A DNA stretch of 64,000 bases from an uncultured Gemmatimonadales bacterium (GTDB lineage: Bacteria; Gemmatimonadota; Gemmatimonadetes; Longimicrobiales; RSA9), in the NCBI GenBank assembly GCA_963741945.1, contig CAVUKA010000004.1, forward strand, positions 43,733-107,732, given 5' to 3'. A program made the position numbers and the translations under genes. The notes beneath the pieces are model-generated. The model was given only the letters and a program-made list of their open reading frames with translations. It was not told the origin of the DNA and searched no databases. How positions within the stretch are numbered: the first letter of the stretch is position 1; every line of letters begins with the position of its first letter. Positions 57,584 through 64,000 of this stretch are shown piece after piece.

Positions 57584-57638
57584 CGTTCCGCTTTGATCGC
57601 GTGAGATCGCCGCCCGCCCACGGGCGGCAAAGCATTGA

Positions 57639-57666
57639 ATGATACAGCCGACGGAAGACGTGAGAA
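57639..57666 (-). promoter_or_regulatory. Weak candidate promoter of gcvP
   Basis: The minus strand reads TTCTCA (57666-57661), a 16-nt spacer, then TATCAT (57644-57639). A GC hairpin gccgcccg-tggg-cgggcggc follows in the leader (57609-57628). Confidence 0.25.
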
Positions 57667-57876
57667 AGCCTGCGGCCGCCCCGGCGGGGTAGGCGCGCGG
57701 CCATCGCTTCGTGGCGGGCACCCTCAACCCCTCCCCCACAGCCACGACACGATGTGCGCGAAGATCCCGAAGCGCACGAAGAACCGGTCACCCGCCGCCG
57801 CCGCACACCGCGCCTTCCCCCTTCCCCCCGGCATCCCGCGGGTGCCCCCCGCACCAACCGGCGATATCTTCCTCCG

Positions 57877-58368
57877 ATGCCCAGCACCGCCCGACGCCTC
57901 GAGTCCGCCTGGCGACGCCTCTCCCGCCTCCCCGGCGGGCACCGGCTGTTCGACCGCCTCCTCGGCCGCCTGGTCCCGTACTCCGGCAGCATCCGCCCCC
58001 GCGTCCTCGCGCTCGAGCCCGGGCGCGCCGTGGTCCGGATCCACGAGCGACGCGGGCTCCACAACCACCTGGACTCGATCCACGCCATCGCCCTCGCCAA
58101 CCTCGGCGAGCTCGCGAGTGGCCTGGCCATGACCATGGCCCTCCCGCGCGACGTGCGAGGCATCCCGATCCGCCTCCAGATCGCCTACCTGAAGAAGGCG
58201 CGTGGCACCATCACCGCCGTGGGTCGCGCCTCACCGCCGGCCCGCGTGGTCGCGGACACCGAGGACGCGGCTACGGCGGAAATGAGGGACGAGGGCGGCG
58301 ACGTGGTGGCGCGGATCCGGGTGCACTGGAGGCTGTCGCCGGAACCCCCATCAGGGACGGACCGATGA
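57877..58368 (+). CDS. Hotdog-fold protein (DUF4442 / PaaI-type thioesterase-like)
   Basis: ATG 57877 (MPSTARRLESAWRRL). HNHLDSIHAIALANLGELASG ... is typical of the DUF4442 hotdog family. Upstream ORF residues are P/R-rich shadow. Confidence 0.65.
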   Translation: MPSTARRLESAWRRLSRLPGGHRLFDRLLGRLVPYSGSIRPRVLALEPGRAVVRIHERRGLHNHLDSIHAIALANLGELASGLAMTMALPRDVRGIPIRLQIAYLKKARGTITAVGRASPPARVVADTEDAATAEMRDEGGDVVARIRVHWRLSPEPPSGTDR

Positions 58369-59345
58369 ACCTGGATACCCGCCTCACCGCCCACGCGGGC
58401 ATCGCCATCCCGGTCATCGGGGGCGCCATGTACCCCTGCTCGAACCCGGAGCTGGTGGCGGCCGTCAGCGAGGCGGGCGGGATCGGCGTGGTCCAGCCGG
58501 TATCCCTCACCTACGTCCACGGCCACGACTTCCGGGAAGGGCTCCGCTACATCCGCCGCCTCACCGCGAAGCCCATCGGGATGAACGCCCTCATAGAGTC
58601 GTCGTCGCGGGCATACGAGAAGCGGATGGAGCAGTGGGTGGACATCGCCCTGGAAGAGGGGATCCGCTTCTTCGTCACGTCTCTCGGCAAGCCGACGTGG
58701 GTGGTGACGCGCGTGGCGGCGGCGGGCGGCGTGGTGTACCACGACGTCACCGAGCGCAAATGGGCGCTGAAGGGGCTGGAGAGCGGAGTCCACGGACTCA
58801 TCGCCGTGAACCGGCGCGCGGGCGGCCACGCGGGGCCGAAATCGCCCGCGGAGCTCATGGACGAGCTCGGTGACCTGGGCGTCCCGCTGGTCTGCGCCGG
58901 TGGCGTGGCCACGCCCGAGGAATTCGTCGCCGCCCTCCGTCTCGGCTATGCCGGCGTGCAGATGGGCACGCGCTTCATCGCCACCACCGAGTGCACGGCA
59001 GCGCAGCCGTACAAGCAGGCCATTCTCGAATCGGACGAGGACGACATCGTTCTCACGGAGCGCATCACCGGGGTGCCGGTGGCCGTGATCCGCACGCCGT
59101 ACATCGAGCGCCTGGGAACGCGCGCGGGGCCCCTCGCCCGCTGGATGCTGCGCGGGCGTCGTCGCAAGAAGCTCATGCGGGCGATCTACGCGCTCTGGTC
59201 CGGCTGGCGGCTGAAGCGCTCGTCCTATGACGAGACCGGGCGCCACGACTTCTGGCAGGCCGGCCGGAGCGTGGCCGGCATCCAGGACGTCAGCCCCGCG
59301 GGAGAGGTGGTCCGGGAACTGGCGGAGGCGGCGAAGTCGGCCTGA
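58365..59345 (+). CDS. Nitronate monooxygenase family flavoprotein (NMO / FabK-like TIM barrel)
   Basis: ATG 58365 overlaps the upstream stop (ATGA). IPVIGGAMYPCSNPELVAAVSEAGGIGV ... GGHAGP ... AGGVATPEEF ... GVQMGTRF. Confidence 0.85.
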   Translation: MNLDTRLTAHAGIAIPVIGGAMYPCSNPELVAAVSEAGGIGVVQPVSLTYVHGHDFREGLRYIRRLTAKPIGMNALIESSSRAYEKRMEQWVDIALEEGIRFFVTSLGKPTWVVTRVAAAGGVVYHDVTERKWALKGLESGVHGLIAVNRRAGGHAGPKSPAELMDELGDLGVPLVCAGGVATPEEFVAALRLGYAGVQMGTRFIATTECTAAQPYKQAILESDEDDIVLTERITGVPVAVIRTPYIERLGTRAGPLARWMLRGRRRKKLMRAIYALWSGWRLKRSSYDETGRHDFWQAGRSVAGIQDVSPAGEVVRELAEAAKSA

Positions 59346-59441
59346 GGCGGGGAGCGGCCGGCGGCCACCCCGTCGTGGCTATGTGCGAGCCCCGCACGCC
59401 GGCCCGCCTTCTCCACCCCCCGCCCGCGCGGCGCCGCGCTG

Positions 59442-61541
59442 TTACCGGATCGCCGCCTGCACCGGGTGCTCCGCGCGCAGCCGCGCCAGCGAGCCCTCCC
59501 AGTCCGCCCGCGGCTCGGCCAGCTCCCCCTTCACGTACAGGTCGTACCAGTCCAGGTACCGCTGGTAGCGGTCCTTGATGAATGCCGGGCTCCGGAAGCC
59601 GTGGTGCTCGCCCGGGTACACCACGAGGAGCGTCGGCCGACCGAGTCGCTTCAGCGCCTGGTACAGCTGCTCCGAGTTCAGGATTGGCACGTTCCAGTCG
59701 ATGGAGCCGCCCATGACGAGCGTGGGCGTGGTGACGTTCTCCACCTTGTTGAACGGGGAGATCCGTTCCCAGTTCTCCGCCGTCGGGCCCCACGGCAGCC
59801 CCAGCTCCGCTTCCCACACGTGCTGGTAGTGGTCGTGCCCGTAGTTGGACCGGTAGAGCACTTCGCTCGCGCCACTGATCGCCGCCTCGAACCGGTCGGT
59901 GGAAGTGATGACGTAGTTCGTCAGGATCCCGCCGTACGACCACCCGCCCACGCCCATGTGGTCCGGATCGGCGTATCCGTCCGCGATCGCCTTGTCCAGT
60001 GCGGACAGCACGTCCGCCACCGGCTTCTCCCCCCAGTCCGCGAAGATCGCGGCGCTGAACGCCTGACCATACCCCGAGGAGCCGCGCGGGTTGGCCCGCA
60101 CCACCACGTAGTCATGGGCCGCGAACAGCTGCGAGTCGAAATCGAACGACCAGTCGAACTGGGCCACCGGGCCGCCGTGCAGGCGGAGCAGGACGGGATA
60201 GCGCTGCCCCTCCCGGTAGTCCGGCGGGAGCGTCACCCACCCCTCGATCTCCGTCCCGTCCGCCGAGCTGGAGTGGATGTTCCGCACCTCGGCCAGGCGG
60301 TGTTGCGCCAGGAACGCGTCGTTCACGTGCGTGAGCCGCTCGGGACCCCGCCGGCCCAGCTTGTACACCTCGAACGGCTGCCGGGGAGAGCTGATCAGCA
60401 TGACGACGTCCCCCGTCGGCCCCACGTGCTCGCTGGACACTACCTCGTCCCCGGCCACCACGCGCTCGAAGCCGCGGCCATCGGCACCGATCCGCGCCAG
60501 CTGCTGCGCACCGCTGTCCTCCAGATTGAACCAGATCCGCCCTTTCGGATCGAACGCGGGATCCGACACGTTCCGGTCCAGCGCCGGCGTCAGCAGCCGC
60601 GGCTCACCCCCCTCCGCCGGGATCAGTGCCAGCTGGTTCACGGCGTACCAGATCAGATCCGGCTCCGTGTCCGTCACGTACGCGATCGACCGGCCGTCGG
60701 GGCTCCATGCCGGTGACCCGTCCGGGCCGGGGTTCGTGGTCAGCTGCCGCGGCGCCGGAACGGGGCCATCAGCGCTCAGCGTGACCGGAACATCCACGAT
60801 CCATACATCCGTGTTTTCGCTGGAATCGGCCTCCGGCATGCGCTTGCTCACGAACGCCACGTGCCGCCCGTCCGGGCTCCAGGCGGCCCCCGCATCGTCG
60901 TAGTCGCCGTCCGTGATCTGCTGGAGCACCTTCGCTTCCAGGTCGTAGACGTACAGGTGATCCCGACGCCGATTCAGGTAGCCGGCATAGTCCTGCTTGA
61001 ACTGGAGGCGGTCGATGACGAATGGCTTCTTCATCTCCTCCGCATCCTTCTTCGCGGCGGCCGAGTCCTCGGGTGAAGGTTCGGGATCCGTGATCGAGAG
61101 CAGCACCCGCTTCCCAGCCGGCGACCACTGGTACCCGTTCACGCCCTGCTTCACCTCCGTCAGCGGCTGCGCCTCGCCGCCCCGCCGGTCCAGCGCCCAT
61201 ACCTGCGTCTTCCCCTCGTTGCGCGACGCCGTGAAGGAGAGCCAGCGGCCGTCCGGGCTGAAGCGCGGCGACCCGGCGGACATGCCCTCCATGGTCATGG
61301 GCATGGGCTCGCCGCCCGACATCGGCGCCATCCAGATCCGGCTCTGGATCTTCCCTTCGTCCAGCTCCGTGGTCCCCACCGTGTAGGCCACCCAGCGGCC
61401 GTCCGGGCTCACCCGCGGGCTCCCCACCCGCTGGATACGGAACGCATCGTCGATCTCGAGCCTGCCCGGCGCCTCCTGTGCCGCTGCACTCCCGGCCAGG
61501 ACCAGCGCCAGGGCCAGTCCGCCACTCCAGATCCGCTTCAT
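59442..61541 (-). CDS. S9-family serine peptidase (prolyl oligopeptidase / acylaminoacyl-peptidase type) with N-terminal beta-propeller
   Basis: ATG 61541 gives signal peptide MKRIWSGGLALALVLAGSAAAQE. Repeated SPDGRxxAY propeller blades. Catalytic GGWSYGG with downstream D and H regions. Confidence 0.88.
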   Translation of the reverse strand: MKRIWSGGLALALVLAGSAAAQEAPGRLEIDDAFRIQRVGSPRVSPDGRWVAYTVGTTELDEGKIQSRIWMAPMSGGEPMPMTMEGMSAGSPRFSPDGRWLSFTASRNEGKTQVWALDRRGGEAQPLTEVKQGVNGYQWSPAGKRVLLSITDPEPSPEDSAAAKKDAEEMKKPFVIDRLQFKQDYAGYLNRRRDHLYVYDLEAKVLQQITDGDYDDAGAAWSPDGRHVAFVSKRMPEADSSENTDVWIVDVPVTLSADGPVPAPRQLTTNPGPDGSPAWSPDGRSIAYVTDTEPDLIWYAVNQLALIPAEGGEPRLLTPALDRNVSDPAFDPKGRIWFNLEDSGAQQLARIGADGRGFERVVAGDEVVSSEHVGPTGDVVMLISSPRQPFEVYKLGRRGPERLTHVNDAFLAQHRLAEVRNIHSSSADGTEIEGWVTLPPDYREGQRYPVLLRLHGGPVAQFDWSFDFDSQLFAAHDYVVVRANPRGSSGYGQAFSAAIFADWGEKPVADVLSALDKAIADGYADPDHMGVGGWSYGGILTNYVITSTDRFEAAISGASEVLYRSNYGHDHYQHVWEAELGLPWGPTAENWERISPFNKVENVTTPTLVMGGSIDWNVPILNSEQLYQALKRLGRPTLLVVYPGEHHGFRSPAFIKDRYQRYLDWYDLYVKGELAEPRADWEGSLARLRAEHPVQAAIR

Positions 61542-61779
61542 TGCATCCCTCCGTCTCGAGACAAGCTTGCCGGCGGGGCACGCTCGCCCCGCCCGTATTT
61601 GCCCGCACACGGCTCGAACTACCCGCCTCGCGGCCGCGTCTCAACTGGCTTGTGGGTGTGCATGCGACGGTAGCCGCTTTCGCTTCCGCCCGCCAGCCGA
61701 CGGGATCCCATCCCGGGAGCGGCTCGGCGGACCTGCCCCGCGACGAGCGCGGCGCCCCGGGACGTGCCGGCAGGGCAGC

Positions 61780-62424
61780 TCAGTCGTCGTCGTCCGCTTC
61801 GAAGCCTTCCACCCCTTCCCGAACCAGCCACGGCACCATGAGCAGCGCCGCCAGCGGATCCGCCCACCACCAGCCGGCAACGGCATTGGCCACGAGGCCG
61901 AGGAGGAGCGTGAACGACAGGTACGAGCAGGCCAGCGTTTCCTTCGCCTCGGCACGCAGCGCCCCGCTCCCGAGCGCCGCTGCGGTCCGCAGCTTGGCCA
62001 CGGCCAGCCCGGGCATGATCACGAGGGAGGCGGCCGCGATGCCGATCCCGAGGAGGCTCTCGGATGCTCGTTGCTGGCCGGTCAGGTGCAGACCGGCCTC
62101 CACCAGGACATAGGCCGCGAGAAGGAAGAAGGTGGCGCCAACCACCTTTCGCACGCGCGATTCCGCCTCCGCAACGGCTTCCTCCGCACCCCCCCGCCAC
62201 TGGACCCGGAAGCGCCACAGAACCACCATGGCGGCGGCCAGCTCGATGACGCTGTCGAGCCCGAAGCCCACCAGCGCGATGCTGCGCGCGCTCATGCCCG
62301 CCCACACCGCCAGCCCCGCCTCGACCACGTTGTACGCGGCGGTGCCGGTCAGGAGCCAGTACGCGCGTCGGACCCACCGCTCCGTTTCGCGGCCGTCCGC
62401 GCCCGACCGAAGGGCGGCGCTCAC
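61780..62424 (-). CDS. Short cation-diffusion-facilitator-like membrane protein (TM domain only)
   Basis: GTG 62424 overlaps the decarboxylase stop (GTGA). YNVVEAGLAVWAGMSARSIALVGFGLDSVIE is a CDF TM1-TM2 pattern. 215 aa, with no cytoplasmic C-domain; ends EGFEADDDD. Confidence 0.6.
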   Translation of the reverse strand: MSAALRSGADGRETERWVRRAYWLLTGTAAYNVVEAGLAVWAGMSARSIALVGFGLDSVIELAAAMVVLWRFRVQWRGGAEEAVAEAESRVRKVVGATFFLLAAYVLVEAGLHLTGQQRASESLLGIGIAAASLVIMPGLAVAKLRTAAALGSGALRAEAKETLACSYLSFTLLLGLVANAVAGWWWADPLAALLMVPWLVREGVEGFEADDDD

Positions 62425-63980
62425 CCGCTGGTGGACCGCGACATCGATTCGTGCAGCGCCCGCCCCCGCGCCACGGCCTCCTCCACCAGCGTGTCCATCT
62501 CCAGGGTCTCGGTCCGGAAGTTGACAATGCACGCGCGGATGGCGAAGCGCCCGTCCAGGACGGCGTTGGACGGGAACACGCGACCACTCCACTGCAGCTC
62601 GGCCATCAGCCGCTCGTTGAGCGTATTCAGGTACTCGTCACGGTTCGCCGGCCCACCCCCGCCGGGGGATTCCGCGTCGGGACCGCCGGCGCGAGCTCCG
62701 GCCGCGAGCTCCGGCGGCACGTACCGGAAGCAGGCGATGGAGAGCGACTGCGGCCCCATGGCCTCCAGCTCCGGGTGCGCCTCCGCGCGGGTGTACAGGT
62801 ACTGCGCCAGCTCGCAGTCGTGGACGATCCGGCGCTGGTACGGACCCCACCCGTGCGCCAGCAGCGAGACCCACACCTTGAGCGCGTGGAACCCGCGCGA
62901 GAACTGGGGCCCGTACGAGAAGTAGTCGATCCCCCTGCCCGTGAGCGCCTTGTCCTCGTGCGTGTACGTCGGCTCCAGCGAGAACGCCTGGGCCAGTCGC
63001 GCGAAGTCGCGCACCACGATGGCGCCGCCGGAATGCGGGGTGTAGAGCCACTTGTGCGGGTCCATCGCCACGCTGTCGGCGCGCTCGATCCCCTTGAACT
63101 GCGGCCTCAGCGCCTCGGTCAGCGCCGCCACGCCCCCGTACGCCCCGTCCACGTGCAGCCACAGCCCGTGCGCCGCGGCCACGTCCGCGATCCGGTCCAG
63201 CGGGTCGATGGCGCCCGTGCTCACCGTGCCGGCCGTTGCCACCACCGCGAACGGGCGACGCCCGTCCCGCACATCCCGCGCGATCGCCTCCTCCAGCGCA
63301 TCCACCCGCATCCGGAGCGCGGTGTCCGTCGGGATCATCCGGACCGCTTCAGCGCCCAGCCCCAGCATGTCGGCGGCGCGCGTGTTCACATCGTGCACCT
63401 CCGCGGAGGCATACAGCGTCAGGGGCGGCCCCGCGGCCACCCCCTCGCGCCGGATGTCCCACTGCGCCATGGCGTCGCGCGCCGTCTTCAGCCCGATGAA
63501 CGCGGCCATCGCCCCGCCCGACGTGATCATCCCCGCCGCCGTCGGCGGCAGCCCCAGCCGCTCACCGAACCACGCCGTCAGGCGCTGCTCGATCTCGGTC
63601 GCCGCGGGCGAGAGCCGCCAACCACCCACGTTCTGGTTGAGCGCGGCCATGAGCAGGTCCGCGGCCGTGCCCGGGATCGTGCCCGCGCCACTTATGTAGG
63701 CCACGAACCCGGGGTGACCCGTATAGGTGGAATGCTCGAGGGCCAGGTCACGCAGGTAGGAGACCAGCTCGGCGCGCGACAGCCCCTCGTCCGGGATCGC
63801 CCGGAGGACGGAGCGACGCACTTCCGCCGCCCCCTCCCGCCGCCCCACCGGCAGGTCGCGCAGCCGCTCGATCAGCTCGGCCCAGAGCTCCACCATCTCG
63901 CCGCCGAGCCAGCGCGCCCCGTCCGCACCCCAGTCCAGGTCCGTGACCGGCGCCGGGCCGGTCCGCTCGCCCGCGCTCAC
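62421..63980 (-). CDS. Group II pyridoxal-dependent amino-acid decarboxylase
   Basis: HPGFVAYISGAG ... WLHVDGAYGG ... DPHKWLYTPHSGG carries the PLP-Lys in DPHKW. GTG 63980 forms GTGA with the stop of a further minus-strand gene that runs off the window. Confidence 0.85.
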   Translation of the reverse strand: MSAGERTGPAPVTDLDWGADGARWLGGEMVELWAELIERLRDLPVGRREGAAEVRRSVLRAIPDEGLSRAELVSYLRDLALEHSTYTGHPGFVAYISGAGTIPGTAADLLMAALNQNVGGWRLSPAATEIEQRLTAWFGERLGLPPTAAGMITSGGAMAAFIGLKTARDAMAQWDIRREGVAAGPPLTLYASAEVHDVNTRAADMLGLGAEAVRMIPTDTALRMRVDALEEAIARDVRDGRRPFAVVATAGTVSTGAIDPLDRIADVAAAHGLWLHVDGAYGGVAALTEALRPQFKGIERADSVAMDPHKWLYTPHSGGAIVVRDFARLAQAFSLEPTYTHEDKALTGRGIDYFSYGPQFSRGFHALKVWVSLLAHGWGPYQRRIVHDCELAQYLYTRAEAHPELEAMGPQSLSIACFRYVPPELAAGARAGGPDAESPGGGGPANRDEYLNTLNERLMAELQWSGRVFPSNAVLDGRFAIRACIVNFRTETLEMDTLVEEAVARGRALHESMSRSTSG

Positions 63981-64000
63981 GACTTCAGCCGGTCCGCGTA

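Noticed and set aside
54065-57604. 1179-aa plus-strand ORF
   Set aside because: It is exactly antisense to gcvP. The product is R/H/P/G-rich with no motif, as expected for a shadow frame in about 70% GC DNA.
57584-57876. Glycine riboswitch upstream of gcvP
   Set aside because: I reverse-complemented the whole leader. Neither the GGAGAG ... ACCGAAGGGGCAA nor the CTCAGGC...GGAC conserved blocks are present. Only a GC hairpin (57609-57628) and a weak promoter were found.

Overview
This is a 64-kb, very GC-rich (roughly 70% by eye, not computed) bacterial chromosomal segment that is densely coding. I support 50 CDS plus one frameshifted small ORF. I saw no rRNA or tRNA, no transposase or integrase, no CRISPR array or cas genes, and no recognisable defence system. 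The gene content and short RpoD-like sigma factors weakly suggest a Gemmatimonadota-like lineage, but that is inference only.

Gene content runs left to right as follows:
- The 3' part of a DUF2723 membrane protein, then an EamA transporter.
- A tightly packed minus-strand operon: flavin reductase, membrane-anchored SDR, sbcD, sbcC.
- A lipoprotein.
- A cobalamin riboswitch driving a btuF-btuC-btuD-btuB-like uptake operon.
- A 775-bp gene-free island full of repeats.
- A DUF4382 lipoprotein.
- A sigma factor with rsgA, then a lipoprotein, a PP2C phosphatase and an HD-domain hydrolase.
- pckA and maeB.
- An Omp85-family protein followed by a compact methyltransferase / FAD-oxidoreductase / SRPBCC / FabF-like ketosynthase cassette and a DUF4126-like membrane protein.
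- A second paralogous sigma factor with a structured leader, then a 37-bp tandem array.
- ssb, a TolC-MFP-RND efflux operon, polA and a monocistronic csp.
- A CdsA-family membrane protein, an Slt-type lytic transglycosylase and an orphan ExbB/TolQ.
- An oppABCDF-type peptide ABC operon.
- A lipoate ligase-like protein, DUF488 and gcvP.
- A hotdog / nitronate-monooxygenase pair and an S9 peptidase.
- A PLP decarboxylase translationally coupled to a short CDF-like membrane protein.

The most interesting items are:
1. The orphan ketosynthase cassette (27070-30945).
2. The composite repeat island (14112-14885).
3. The promoter plus terminator-like leader of the second sigma gene (32020-32309).

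Many long ORFs in the supplied track are GC-driven shadow frames antisense to real genes and were rejected. All functional calls rest on motif recognition by eye; no HMM or BLAST search could be run.
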